The notes beneath the pieces were generated by a model. The model was not told the origin of the DNA and did not search any database. It worked only from the letters and a program-made list of their open reading frames with translations. Shown piece after piece: positions 44,153-57,766 of a stretch of DNA of 64,000 nucleotides. The translations under genes and the position numbers were made by a program. Location of the stretch: positions 16,058,001 through 16,122,000 of the forward strand of contig CM022678.1 of assembly GCA_012295275.1 (NCBI GenBank), read 5' to 3'. Position 1 is the stretch's first letter, and each line of letters begins with the position of its first letter. Source of the DNA: Chrysomallon squamiferum (taxonomy: Eukaryota; Animalia; Mollusca).

Positions 44153-45516
44153 GTTCAAACACAGTTTTCTTACTGTCGTGAAGTTTTACACAAAATATGA
44201 CTCCTCACAGCAACTTCATAAAACTCTGAATACCATGACGTCACACAAATTAAACTTAGTACAAATATTAGTCTCCATACGTCTACAATAACTTGTTATT
44301 TCAGTGTCATGCTTTGCTATTTGAAAACACTATGTACCAGTTAAATGAAACAATTAAGTATCGTTTGAAACAAATTAATTTAAGACATACTTTAATTTCT
44401 ACAAGTTAACTTTACTAGATATTTTGTTTCTTTCTGGTGTTTTAAAACAATTGTTTTTATTTTTTGTTAATACTAAAGAAAAAAATACAGATTTTGGTAT
44501 GCCTTTTAGAGAGGTCTATATGTATATATGCATGTATGTATGTGTGTGTATGTTTAAAATGCCTGTGTTTATTTAAAATGCCTGTGTTTATTTAACATAC
44601 ATGCAACTCACATTCATTCATACATAAAGACATACATACATTAACGCTCACACTCACACACACACAGCCACGCATCAAATTTAAGCAAAAAAAAAAAGAA
44701 AAAGAAGAAATGAAAACGTTAAGAATAGCCTTTAATAATGTTGTCTTCGTTTTGAAGTGAGACGAAAAAATTTTAAAACCATGAGTCCACATTGGGCACA
44801 GTCATTATTGAACTATTATAATTTAAATAATTCAATGTGATATAACTTTTATTTTACGATGAGTGAAATAACGTTCTCACCATCTACACAGAGATTTGAA
44901 AGAAATAAAGGAAAAAGGTAAAGAAATAAACAATTTGCAATTTTGTATAAAACTTATTACTACTACTAAACTAATAATAATAATACTAATAATTCAAAGA
45001 TGATGATTCGATTTCTGATGACCACGACAACAACAACAACAACAATAATAATAATAGTTAGAAAGTTAGATAGACAGACAGACCGATAGAGAGGTAGACA
45101 GAGACTCACAGAGACAAATTGACACAGAGAAAGATACGTAGACAGGTAGATATGTTTGTAAACAGGAAAATTTGTCCGTAGGTACATAGGTAATTAGGTC
45201 AGTCACGAGGTCAATAACCAGTCAGACAACAACAGAATAACGCAGAAACCCATACATATATCGAATACGGATACATAATTAGAATCAATTCTAATTTTTA
45301 TAACCTGTTAAATTAACAGCTGTTAGGATTAAACTGTGATAAATACAATAAACACTGTCTCTCTGACATATAAAACTTATTACACTGTAAACTCAGAAGC
45401 TTTGTACAAAACATTCAAAGAAGCTGATGATCCGGATTTTGATTTAGTCACGTGACAAAACTTGACACCTATAGGTTCGAAGGTTGAAGAGATAGATACA
45501 CAGTGACAGTTTATAT

Positions 45517-45552
<36 letters not shown>

Positions 45553-46308
45553 AAACCTATATTAAACTCAAAAAGATACAAACATATAATAATGTAAAAT
45601 AAATAATATAATATAATATAATATAATATAATATAATATAAATTGTATATTTATAAATGTATCTTTGGATGTATGCATGTATATGTCTGTCTATCTGTCC
45701 GTCTATTTAACAGGTATATAGATAGATACACAGACAGACAGATATATAGATAGAGAGATAGAGAGATAGGTAGACAGATAGGTAGACAGATAGATAGACA
45801 GACAGACAGATAGATAGATAGATATAACGCGCGGGTGACTATTGATTCGTGAAATCTCGTTTTATAACTGTTAGTTAAACGTGTCTTTATACTCGATCTT
45901 CTTTTATTTTCTGTGATTTTCTTCACGATCGAAAACCACTTTACAAACGAATAAATATCTATCCACTTTAAGAATTGTAAATAAATAAATAAATAAATAA
46001 ATAACAATGAACAAAAGGAAAATTAAAAACAAGTCTTAGTTACACTGTGCTATTTTTGAACATGTAATGAAATGCTTGGGAGATCCGTCCAGTTTGTGCT
46101 TTGGTAATTACAGGCTCGTGACAAACTGACAACAGACAGGTTAACGCCACATAACTACAGTATTGTATTTAACTGCTGCCTGGGAAAGGACTTGCCATAC
46201 ACCCTGTCGCAGACGTGTTTCACAACAGCTTGCTCTGATCAGCACATTAGTTTTGTTTTCACTGTGTACTGACAGAATTCGCCAGAGCGACTTACTCTAC
46301 AGGTCAAC

Positions 46309-46372
46309 ATGGACAAGGATTTAACATCGACTGTTCCTGAGGCAGTCAACATTGTTGCGCAAGGCATAAAAG
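46309..46372 (+). CDS. Cluster unit D first exon: MDKDLTSTVPEAVNIVAQGIK; the family donor is mutated
   Basis: TATTTAA at 46166-46172, the conserved leader and gtcaacATGG are present. The donor position reads AG|acaagat instead of gtaagat. Confidence 0.4.
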
Positions 46373-47084
46373 ACAAGATTTGTTTCAGTATCAGATACTT
46401 TTTTTTTGTATTTATTTACTTTCTTTTTTTTATCTCGACAGTTGTGTACGGAGTGATATTAAACGGAACTTAGAGGACGGTCATAAACGCAGAGAAAATA
46501 AAATGAATGACGTGAAATGAAAAGTATATATTTATATATATGATACGTTATGTTAAACAAGTGCAGCGTAGTAAGAATATTTGTACAAATTACGCCATGA
46601 AACATGTTCATCGAGTATAGTTAAAAAATCTATTACACGTACGATGATAAGATAAAAATTACCTATGGCAAAATAACATATCATATACTGTGTATTAGAC
46701 AGTTGGGCTTCTTTATTATTATTATTATTATTATTATCATTATTCTTGATTTGATGTTGTTGTTATTGTTATTAGCTTTATCATATCAATTGTTGTTGTT
46801 GTCGTTAATGGTGGTGGTGGTGTTTATCTCCTTTTACAAAGACAGAACGTAGAATGATTACGCTAGATTTTCTCACCTGTTTTATACGAATCGTCTTCAG
46901 TTACTAATCAGCTCATTCACTACCTCCCAGCTTAAACCAAACATCACTGCAGTCATTAAATATATTTTCTACAAATCAAACACAACGTTAATAATAATAA
47001 AACAAACTTGAAAGAAAAGAAAAGAAAAAAGAAAACAAAGGTGATATTAACAGATTATAAAATGTATTTATTTGTTTGTTTCAG

Positions 47085-47189
47085 GATTAACTAAAGCACT
47101 TCGTATACAGGCCAACCGGGGGAAACATTTAACACAGATTATTACTGCAGTAGTCGACAATCTTATCCTTACTGGGCAAGGTGTTTCAG
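47085..47189 (+). CDS. Cluster unit D cassette exon (105 nt, phase 1-1): GLTKALRIQANRGKHLTQIITAVVDNLILTGQGVS
   Basis: tttgtttcag| acceptor, CAG|gtaaaa donor, open frame. Confidence 0.5.
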
Positions 47190-47928
47190 GTAAAATTAGT
47201 TTTTTTTAGTATCAGATAAAAAAAAGAACCCAATAATAATAAAAATTAACTTGACAATTCTGTACGGAGTACGGTGAAAATGAAATTAGAAGACGTCATA
47301 AACGCAGTGAAAATAAAATATATGAGGTGAAATAAAAAGTATATATTTATGTATACGATAAATTATGTTAAACAAGTGCGTAGTAAGACTATTTGTACAA
47401 ATTAGGTAAAGCACATGTAGACAATGAAGATAAATTGGTTACAAGAGGATCGTGTACGCTACAAAGCATGTTCCTTGAGTACAGTGGTGGGGGGGGAAAT
47501 GTTACATGTACGATGAGAAGATAAAAACATTTGCTTATGACTATATCATATACCTAGTATTTAGACAATTTTGCTTCTTTATTATTATTACTGCTGTTAT
47601 TATTAGTAGTAGTATTATTATTGCAATTGCTGTTGTTGTTGTAGTTGATGGTGGTCCTGTCTAGGCTTTTCTCAAAATGATTACGCTAGATTTTCTCACC
47701 TGTTTTATACGAATCGTCTTCAGTTACCACTCAGTTTGTTAAACATCTCCAAACTTAAACCAAACGTCACATCTACAAATTATGTTTCACTGCAGTCGTG
47801 CATTGATCGTTAACAGTTTATACATCGCAGTCATTAAATATTCCAAGCACAACGATGATTATAGTGGGGGGAAGAAAGAAATTTATATTAACCAGATTAT
47901 ATAATGTATTTGTTTCTGTTTCTTTCAG

Positions 47929-48119
47929 AATTAATAAAATCAGGAATTATGACTGGAGGAAACATACAGGTCGGTCTTAGATCGAATTCGCCAGTGTTTT
48001 TCTGCGCGGTTTTTGTCCAGGGGAAAATGCCGGACTTCGGGTTTCGAGTTTCCGTTGAGTTCGAGCAAATTCTGAATGAACTTTTACACCAAATATGCCT
48101 CCTGACAGCGACTTCATGA
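47929..48119 (+). CDS. Cluster unit D terminal exon: ELIKSGIMTGGNIQVGLRSNSPVFFCAVFVQGKMPDFGFRVSVEFEQILNELLHQICLLTATS*
   Basis: Acceptor ttctgtttctttcag|AA TTA, phase 1, open to TGA. The family 3' flank follows. Confidence 0.45.
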
Positions 48120-48350
48120 AATTCTGAATACCGTGACGTCACAAAAATTAAATTTTGTACAAACGTCACACTCCATACGTCTACAATAACTTGTTATTTC
48201 AGTGTCAGACAGTGTTATTTAAAAACACTATGCAGCAGTTAAATGAAACAATTAAGTATCGTATGATAGAAACTCATTTAAGACAGACTTTAATTTCTGC
48301 AAGTTAACTTTACTAGATGTTTTATCTTTGTTGTGATTTTATTTTATATA

Positions 48351-49167
48351 CCGTATATACTTGTGTACAAGGCGACCTTATGTATAAGTCGATGTGTATT
48401 TTAAGACCAAAAATTGCGTCATTTTAGGTATTACTTGTGTATAAGTCGACTGTAGATTCCAGGCACCGTCACTATTTTTAGACCAGTGTGACAGTGCCAT
48501 GAAGGCCTACATTGTACACCTACTGTAACATAACTTGCACGAGCTGTAACTTGCACGAACATACCATAATAACGTAAATGCATGTATTACACGAGCTATA
48601 GCCTAAATGTATCATAAATAGTATATCTCTTTAATGTAATAGGTCTAACATGGAGACCTAACTTACCGTTATATTTAGCCGTTCTATGATTTACAAAATT
48701 TTATGGCCATAGCCCTAAAATACTGTATATGATGCAATATTATTTCACCAAATTCTTTACAATTACACAAGTGAGTTTTGTTTATGAAATTAGGACCGAT
48801 ATTTAGTGCAGTTTGGCAGAGAAGTCTGCATTCCTAGATCATTGCAAGACGCCGTAAGGCATAAAGCCATACTGACGGGTTTCTTGCTTTAAAATGTATT
48901 TTTATGTCACTAAACGGAAGAATATCATCTTTTACATTCATATCTGGTTTTGTTATTTAATTTTTCAAAATGTTTTATACGATAAAATTATATTTTTGAA
49001 AAGCTGAAAGACCGCGATTATTTTAGATGCATCCCGTAGCAAAAAATAGTCAAAATGGCGACTCTTCAGCAACAGCTACAAAAGCATTACCTATGTATAA
49101 GTCGACCCCCAAAATATTACCTTAATATAGTCTCCCATAACTTCGACTTATACACAAGTATATACGG
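48351..49167. mobile_element. Non-autonomous Tc1/mariner-pogo type MITE, 817 bp
   Basis: TIRs CCGTATATACTTGTGTA[C/T]AAG[G/T]CGA at both ends, TA on each side, and subterminal repeats TGTATAAGTCGA near 48381, 48437 and 49094. Confidence 0.85.
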
Positions 49168-50599
49168 TATATATATTATCTTGGGTCATATTTATTTTAG
49201 AATAAATCTGTAATAAATTCAACAAAGTCTGTCTCTCAATAACTACTCAATAACTACTGTGTTTATCAAAGTACTTCAGAGAATCCACAACTTTATTACT
49301 TATTACTGGAAACGGTCGCGAGTTTATTTACTTATATACCTCCTTATCTGACTTGTAAACTTAGAAACTATGTACATTACATTCAAAGAAGCTGATGATT
49401 TGATTGTTGATGTAGTCATGTGACAGCACTTGACACCTGTCGGGTCGGAGGTTGAAGAAATAGATACTTAATGACAGTTCAATGCTCAGTGATTTTTTTC
49501 ACGATCGAAAACCACTTTACAGACCAATAATTATCTATCCACTTTAAGAATTGTAAATAAATAAATAACAATGAACACAAAGAAAATTAAAAACAAGTCT
49601 TAGTTACTGTGCTATTTTTGAACATGTCATCAAATGCTTGGGAGATCCGTCCAGCTTGTGCTTTGTTATTTAGTGGCTCGTGACAATAGCTAGGTTAAAG
49701 TCATGTAATTATAGAAGTATATCTAATCGCTGTCTGGGGAAGTAATTCGACATAACGCACACTCTAGCTTTGCCAGAGAACGTGTCTGTCGCAGACGTTT
49801 TCCACAACAGCTTGCTCTGATCAAAACTAAGGAAGCTTGTTCCTTGAGAACAGTAAAAAAAAAAAAAAATCTATTTCAGGTACTATGATAAGATACATCT
49901 ATATCATTTAAACAATTTTACTTCTTTATTATTATTGTTGTTGCTGTTATTAGCATTATTATTGTTATTGTAGTTGTCGTTGTTGATGGTGGTATCGGCT
50001 TTTACAAAAACAGAACGTTGTCTTTTCTATATCTTTATTATGAATACGTAGATATTCATCCATGATGTTTCCTGACTTATTTTCATACAACTATTTATGC
50101 GTCAGTCTGAATTATTATTATTGATTTGTTGTTGATGTTGTGGTTGTATTATTATAGTTGGTCAGAAAATAACTACTAAATAGTTTAAAATAAACAATAA
50201 TAAAAGTAATATGACATTAAATTATTTATATAATAATAGTTTGATAATGGTGTGTGCCAAAAGTGGACTAATTATTTTAAAACAATTTTGTATCTGTATA
50301 AAAAGAAGACAAAATTATATGGGCTATTCCTTATGTTTTGTCTACATGTCTCTTTACGTGCTTTGTACAAATATTCTTACTACGCGCTGCATTTGTTTAA
50401 CATAATTTATCATATATATAAATATATACTTTTTATTTCACGTCATACATTTTATTTCACGGAGTTTATGACAGTCGACTAAGTTCAGTTTCACTCTACT
50501 CCGTACACAAATGACGAGTTAAAAAAGAAAAAAAAAAAAAAAAAAAAAAAAACAAAAAAAAACAAACACCTTATCTGGTACTTAAAACGCTAATCTTAC

Positions 50600-50815
50600 C
50601 TGAAGTGACTGGCCAAATAATTCTAACAGGAACAATCTGTGTTAAAGCCTTGCCTTTGTTGGGCGGTTTAGTAAGTCGCATTGTGTCAGTAGTCAGTAAA
50701 GAAATTAATGTGTTGAGCAGAGCAAGCTGTTGCGAATCACGTCTGCGACAGACACGTTCTCTGACAAAGCCAGGGTGTGTTATGACGAATTATTTCCACA
50801 GACAGCAGTTAAATA
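50600..50815 (-). pseudogene. Cluster unit with a lost start codon: TATTTAA, leader and first exon (K)GKALTQIVPVRIIWPVTS
   Basis: The leader is very similar to 29690-29850. cccaacAAAGGC replaces cccaacATGGGC (50655-50657). The phase-1 donor CAG|gtaaga at 50599 is intact, and the downstream intron is truncated near 50340. Confidence 0.5.
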
Positions 50816-51074
50816 CATTTCTATAATTCTTAACCTATCTGTCGTCATTTGCTAATAGATATCAAAATAAGCTGAATGGATTTTCCAAGCATGTGATTGC
50901 TATTTTAAAATCTGATTCCATTTTCAAAAATAATAACTCAGTGTTGTTTCTAATCTTCTTTATATTCGTTGGTTATTTATTTATTTATTTATTTTCTTGC
51001 AGGTGAAATAAGTTTTAAAAATGGAAACTTGAATTAGAAATACAACAGATAGAGAGAAAGAGAAAGATAGAGAA

Positions 51075-51141
<67 letters not shown>

Positions 51142-51408
51142 TTAATAAGTCTTGAAAATTATGTATTAAATTGTGTCTTTAAACAAAATGTAAAATTACA
51201 TATGAAAATACAAAATTTATATTTAGATATATTACTATAAATGGAATAAGCTTTGACATAATCCAAATGTTAGAGTCGAGAAAACCATGCTATTTGAAAT
51301 TCTTACATCAGTGGTAGACTTTTCTATTGGGAGTTTCAGTTTGTCTGTATTGGTCCTTGTTTTTATTTATCAATGGTATGAGTGTCTCCGATAGACCAAA
51401 TATATATA

Positions 51409-52103
51409 CAGAGTGGTACCTTGACTTACGAATTTATTTCGTTCCGTGACCGAGCTCGTAACTCAATTTCTCGTATATCAAATCATTTTTCCCAAATGAA
51501 ATTAAACCATTCCAGCTCCCCAAAACCACCCCTATTTTTTTATAATGTGTTTTTAAATAAGAAAAATGTATGTTAAAATGACAGATATTGTATAAAAACA
51601 AAATAAAGGAGAATGTAAAGAAATAAACTGGTTTTGTAAAGTGTACACGGTTACGTTTTGTCCATCTTTTCATGGAAAACGATCCGCAGCTTAGAAATTA
51701 TTTAAACGCCTTTGGCTGGAGGTATAGCCTTAATCGACGCCTTCTGCTTCAGTATTGTACATATCGTAAAAGTACTATGGTCGTACAGCCTAGTCATGTT
51801 GAATACATGCACACCTCTCTCACGTTTTTCTATGATTTCTATTATTTCAATGAACATCAGCACTGACCTTTGCACTCACTTCCTTAGGATCCTTGGAAAT
51901 TTGGTAAAATAGTGCACAAAACGCGAGCACAACACAACAGAGATGCTTCCACGGCGAGTGACCACGTGAAGCAAACCAGTGAGACGCGACATAATGGGCG
52001 GGAGTTGTACCGTTCGTTGGGCCAACTAGCGGCGACATAGCTGAAGCTGCTCGTAATTCGGATTTTGGCTCGCAACTCAAAGCAAAAAATCGAGGCAGCA
52101 CTG
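51409..52103 (-). mobile_element. Internally deleted Tigger/pogo transposon with a decayed CENP-B-type HTH transposase N-terminus
   Basis: The ends are CAGAGTGGTACCTTGACTTACGA and TCGAGGCAGCACTG, with TA flanks. The minus strand near 51660-51895 reads DPKEVSAKVSA / EIIEKRERGVHVFNMTRLYDHSTFTICTILKQKASIKAIPPAKGV*IISKLR, like TIGD1/Tigger1 N-termini. Confidence 0.85.
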
Positions 52104-52594
52104 TATTTAAAAAAAAAAAAAGAAAGGTGTTTATGTGTAGATATATTTATACAGGAAACACAAAGGGAAGTGTTCCAATTTTAAAAGATCTATAGAGATC
52201 GTTATAAAAGGCAGCCATTGAAGGATATCGATTTTTAAACATGATTTCAGTTGAAATATACTTTGATGGAACATTGTTTTTAAATAATAACATTTAATAA
52301 GCTATATTTTTTCTTTAGTATTAAAACAAAATAATTTTTTGCTTTTTAAAAATAAAACAAGGAAACAAAGTCTAGTGAAATTACCTTGTTTGAAATTGAA
52401 GTGTCTTTTATATCATTTTGAATCAGTGGTCTTTATCGATTTATTTATTAATTCCCTAATAAATAAGTAAGACATTAAATATCATTGCCGTTTTAATACA
52501 CAGAAAGGAACAGATAGGCGATTTAGCTAATATTATAAATTAGATATTTAACGTTAACAATATGTACCTCGTATATGCTTTTCTGATCAGTTAA

Positions 52595-52627
<33 letters not shown>

Positions 52628-53534
52628 CATACACTTATACATATATTTATTCCAGTTTCAATGAACTTCTTGGTCGACTGAAAAAAAAAAAAAAAAAAAA
52701 AAAAAAGAAGAATGAAGAAAAAAAAAAAGAAGAGAAAAAAGAAAAAGGAATAAAACATTTGATCACAACTACTACTACTGGTATCAATAATAATAATAAT
52801 AATAATTCTCCACAGATAACAAAAACACACTGAATTTATTAACACATTAATTGGTTACGGTCCATGAACACTGATATTATAAAACAAACAGTCAGTCAAC
52901 GGTCTGTTTCAACCAAGCAGAAAATACAAATCGTAGATTATTTTTCTACTCACAAAAACCATCTTCACTTTATAAAATATTAACCTACGACATGACGCAC
53001 ACGTTTTACTGTTTTTTTCACCAATCAGCAGTGACGCGTGATGCTGATTTACTTTTCATTTATTCTGGTTTATGCCTTAATCAGTTTGATTCGCCCTCTT
53101 TTTAAACTCGTTTACCGTTGTAAATAAAATAACTGAATTTTGTGCCATACGAGTGACACCTGTCTGTAGATCTTAAAAAAAGAAAAAAAAAAAAAAAAAC
53201 AAACACAGAAGATAATTTTCATAGTATACAAATAATGTTGACATGTAACATCCAGATTTCACTTCATTTCATCTTCAATTTCAAGTTTCCTTAATATTTA
53301 AAACAAATTATATATGTATGCATTGGTTCACACAAATGAATACTTCCAACAATGAAAATATCTGAATAATAATAATAATAATAATAATCCAAAACATCAT
53401 TTTACAATCACAGTCACTGAAAATAAATATAACATAAACACCAAAACACTTTTAAATTTTTCAACGCATTTTGAACCATTTCCGGCCTTAGCTCTTCAGC
53501 TTATGTAACAAATTTTGTGTAGTAAAACAATGCT

Positions 53535-53685
53535 GCCTGTGGGTAGGTACGCATACAAGATCACTCGCTGCTAATCAGAAATGATAATCGTTGAAGCGAG
53601 TTTCCTTCTCATTATATGAATGATCCTAAACAAAGTCTGATTTATATAACCAGTCAAAAGTAAAAAGTGCATCGTTAAATATTTA
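53535..53685 (+). mobile_element. Degenerate SINE fragment (central and 3' part)
   Basis: gtgggtaggtacgcatacaagatcactcgctgctaatc...tttccttctcattatatgaatgatcctaaac...gtgcatcgttaaata resembles a gastropod SINE as I recall it. Not verified by a search. Confidence 0.35.
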
Positions 53686-53971
53686 TTTATATTTTATTAC
53701 TGATCTGTTTTCGATTAAAATATTCTCTTACGTCTCAACGAGTTTTAGTTAACTAGCCCAATTGTTCACACAGTATAATAAAATCTAAACACAAATCTGT
53801 TTCATCAATAATGTTTACTAACGTAATATGTTAGATCATCATTTGTCACAATATCAAAAACAGAAAAAAATAATAGAATTATTTCACGTACAAGGTAGGC
53901 AGTGTGTTAACTGGATTCGCACTACTTGCATTGATGGCGAAACTTGGATGACATTGTGTGTTTGATAACCT

Positions 53972-54010
53972 TATATAAATCGTGAAAAGACTTTTTTTCA
54001 ATCGGTCAGT
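53972..54010 (+). promoter_or_regulatory. TATA box and initiator of the PAN-FReD gene
   Basis: TATATAAA near 53972 and an Inr-like TCAGT at 54006, about 30 bp later. Candidate donors lie at 54148 and 54173, and an acceptor tttactacag| at 54800. Confidence 0.5.
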
Positions 54011-54837
54011 GCGTTTACCTTCTCGATCTGATGTCATTGTTCTTCAGCAGGAAAATCCAGTCGTTTAAGAAACAAAAAATAAACAAAAAAAACCCAAACA
54101 AAATAAACAAAACCAAAAAAAAAAAAAAAAAGAAAAGAAGAAACAGGTTGTTTTTTGTTTTTGTTTCTTGAGGTGATTTTTTTTATTATTTTTTTTCTGA
54201 AATATTATATGAATTTAACGATGAATGCGATGATAAAATGAATATATCTCTCAAAAGTCTGATGTATTTACATCATCAAATCATAAATAGAGTTCTAAAC
54301 AGGATAATTTCCTAACCCCACCACGACTGCTGCTTCAAAAGATTTCTAAACGCTTTGTTTTCTATGGGAAGGTTCCTTTTTGTCATTGCTAGTGATGCTT
54401 GAACATTATTAATTCATTCGAACCGCTACACGCATTGTTGCTTGTTTATTGAATAAACAAGAGAATGTTCAAGCGAAGCTGAAATGAAGAGAAATTATTA
54501 TTATTTTTTTTAATTGAATCTTTTTTTATCAGTAGCTTCTGGTTCAGAAAGAAATTGCCATCACAGTTGCTTTCTCACACGTCTACCAATTAGGTGCATC
54601 CAGTAATTTAATTTTCCTTCTCATTTTATAGTAATCTCTATGTGATTAATATTAGAATATATTCAACAGCCGAGTACAGTTAACAAATTTTGATAGTATT
54701 CTTTGGTTTAATTTTTAATGTTTTTTTTTTTTTCAACTGACATCGTATGATTTAATCTTATTTCTGTATATTTTGAAAATTATTACTTTTTTTACTACAG
54801 ATTTTTTAAAACTAATTATAATAAGGCTAAATAAGAA

Positions 54838-55134
54838 ATGGATTCAATAACGCGAATTGGTTTGATCTTTTTCGTTGGGATATTTTCAACGTCAACGAAA
54901 GATTGCTCAGAGAATTACGTTTTAACAAGGTTTTCGTAAACACAGTACCTGCAGAACTGGCGTCTGATGTTAGAAGTGACGTCAGTGAAATTGGCTGTGC
55001 TGTGGCGTGTTACAGACGCTATTCCGAGCAATGTAAAATGTTCTTCTACAATGAAAACTTCAAGAATTGTTCCATCTACGACACGTCTTTCAAGTGTATC
55101 ACAAAAAAGGAGCAGCTTGGAGCTAAAGGTTTTG
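54838..55134 (+). CDS. PAN-FReD gene coding exon 1: signal peptide and PAN/apple domain, with a 1-nt frameshift near 54865-54900
   Basis: ATG 54838 gives MDSITRIGLIFFVGIFSTST (signal-like), but that frame stops near 54937. The other frame gives LLRELRFNK...SEIGCAVACYRRYSEQCKMFFYNENFKNCSIY (PAN C-x3-C...C...C pattern) and ends at the donor G|gtaagt. Confidence 0.75.
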
Positions 55135-55813
55135 GTAAGTAAGAACAAAAAATAGAACATTTCTTAAATAGGTAAAACAACAACAACAACAAGAGCAACC
55201 ATGGCCGTCATTAGACTCTTTTTTAAATGAGTCGAAAATTGATGTCTTTGAAGTCAGTTATCTCTTTCATCGCAGTGATGTCGGTATACTTCAAATGGTA
55301 TCGGTAGACATAAACGAATTTATTCAGTGGATATCGTTTCTATCGGAATAGATTATATCTATATCTCTATATATATATATATATACATAAAATCTATCCC
55401 TATTTGAATGATGACTTTGATTACCATAGACGTAACTACATTGAGGCAATTGAGGCAAATGCCTCATACCGAAATTAAGATTGGTTTTTTTAATACAAGA
55501 TGTTATATATATCGGTCTGAAAGCAATTACAGTATTGATTTGTTAATTTCGAGGCATTTATTTATATATTATTTCTATACTTAAAACAGGTAAATTCTAC
55601 TAAATCTGTTGTTTTATAACTTTATTAAATGTAAACTTTTCTAATAATTTTGTTTCTTAACATTAGTTTTCTTTACAGGCAACATGAATAAAATAAAAAT
55701 TTATATCACATACACACTGATAAATTCCATAAATTTCTTGTTATTTAGATATGCATGTAGCAAGAGCTATGTTTTATCAGGAAATATATATAAATACTGA
55801 ATATATCCTGATA

Positions 55814-55878
<65 letters not shown>

Positions 55879-56468
55879 TACATACATAAACTTCTTCCTC
55901 TACTGCTGTTTACTACAATCACTATTAATACCATTCCTACTACACCTATATATTTATATATTTATATGCTACTTCTTTACTGTTTTGTTTATTTAGATCA
56001 TAAACGATGATTTCAAGAAAAGATTTCATTTTAAAATGCGCTACAAGCAATAGTTCCATTAATATTAATATTATTATTATTACATGCAGCAGTAGTAGTA
56101 GAGTTGGTAGCAGAAATAGAATATTAATAGTAGAACTAGCAGTAGTAATAGTAGTAATAGTAGGAATGGCATTTATAGTGGTACTAATAGTCAGTGATAG
56201 TAGTAACAGTAGTCGTAGTAGTAGTAATCATAATATATAGTGCTAGTGATGCTATATCTAATGATTATTATTATTATTATTATTACTGTTACTATTATTA
56301 TTATTAGTAGTAGTAGTAGTAGTAGTATTATCATAATTATTATTATTATTGTGCTGTTGTTGTTTCTGTGATTATTTGTTGTTGTTGTGATAGTAGTAAC
56401 AGTAGTCGTAGTAGTAGTAATCATAATAAATAGTGCTAGTGATGTTATATCTAATTATTATTATTAAA

Positions 56469-56512
<44 letters not shown>

Positions 56513-56532
56513 TGTTACTGTTACTATTATTA

Positions 56533-56586
<54 letters not shown>

Positions 56587-56621
56587 GAGTTGTTGTTGTT
56601 GTTTACTTACTTTTAACACAG

Positions 56622-56743
56622 TTTCCTGGAAGAACTCGAATGTACAAGAATGTTTTGACTGGCCACAAACGGCAGGAATCCATGTTGTGAATATTTCTGG
56701 ACAATCAGCTGTCCTAGGCTATTACGACGCCCAGAAGTGGTTG
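56622..56743 (+). CDS. PAN-FReD coding exon 2 (start of the fibrinogen C-terminal domain)
   Basis: aacacag| ... |gtaggt, phase 1 to 0. It reads VSWKNSNVQECFDWPQTAGIHVVNISGQSAVLGYYDAQKWL and joins in frame to VIQRR. Confidence 0.85.
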
Positions 56744-56895
56744 GTAGGTACAATATATACCTTGCACGAAAAATTCTCAAAAAGTAGGTGCTATAATATA
56801 AACGAAGAATCAAAAATTCAAAAATAGTTATGTGTGTTTGGCTGTATGTGTACATGCAATTTTTTGTATTCGTTGACTCCATCGTACCTTCTTGT

Positions 56896-56953
<58 letters not shown>

Positions 56954-56956
<3 letters not shown>

Positions 56957-57766
56957 TAACGAGCTAAAAGTAACTGTGCATAATTAATAATCAAATGCAA
57001 GGCCTGTCCGTGATAAGTGATCAAACCATCATACTGTAAACGTTGAATAACGTTCGCCTTGATGTCTGAACAGTACACTGTCCCAGTCTTGTCGTCTAAA
57101 ACTTAGATTTCGTTGACACCATGTTAAGCGAGCCTGATAAACAGACGTTGAAGTAAAAGTGGGCATCTGGGTTGTAGTCGGGACCGGATGTTGTTTTCCC
57201 GTAGCCGATTCCGTACCGTCCTGGCAGTAATTGGTCTGAACCCAGAAATGTTTGAAGCTGACAAGCTGGCTGTTTGGAACCGATTTCGTAAATGAACCAA
57301 TCGAATATGGTTACCATGTCAAAGTGACGTCATACGCGGACTGCCCGCCCTTGGCAAGTCGTGGGTGTCGCCCTCTTGTTGATAACGACTCCATAAACAT
57401 TTTATCGTGTTTCCGTTTAACTTCGTTTTGAGCCATTCCAGCCTGCAGAATACCAACGACGCGAAGACGTTAGTTTTCGGAAAGACGTGGCATGACGTAA
57501 TTTTTGTTTTCTGTTAAACAGACGTGTTTTTCAGAGTTGCAAATGGTTAAGCAATCATTGTTGATTTTTATTTTCAAAAACAACGTGTGTGTGTATTATA
57601 TGGGCCGAAAACAGTCAAAACACAAAATTGTGCACTCTACATGAAATGCATGTGCGAGAAGTGAATTATGACCTCAAAATTGAAGACAATGTTTTCATGA
57701 ATAATTATTGATTTTTCCTTTTTCTAATTCTGAAACATTATGTCAGTTACTTTTTTCCGTTAGAAT
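56954..57766 (-). mobile_element. Internally deleted Tc1 transposon with a decayed transposase N-terminus, inside a FReD intron
   Basis: From ATG 57493 the minus strand reads, with stops and shifts, MPRLSEN*RLRVVGILQAGMAQNEV / NTIKCLWSRYQQEGDTHDLPRAGSPRMTSL*HGNHIRLVHLRNRFQTAS...RTVRNRLRENNIR / WCQRNLSFRRQDWDSVLF. It has imperfect TIRs (CTAACG...AAAAGTAACTG) and sits beside a (TA)n tract. Confidence 0.85.

Noticed and set aside
47897-48190. Reading the conserved 3' flank on the opposite strand as a coding exon (..VTSRYSE..EVAVR..)
   Set aside because: Copies differ by frame-breaking indels and the donor exists in only two copies. It is kept only as a possible non-coding antisense exon.
55425-55480. 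catagacgtaactacattgaggcaattgaggcaaatgcctca as a MITE terminus
   Set aside because: No matching opposite terminus or TSD could be found.
57096-57317. 73-aa ORF with ordinary-looking composition
   Set aside because: It is an alternative frame of the decayed Tc1 transposase.
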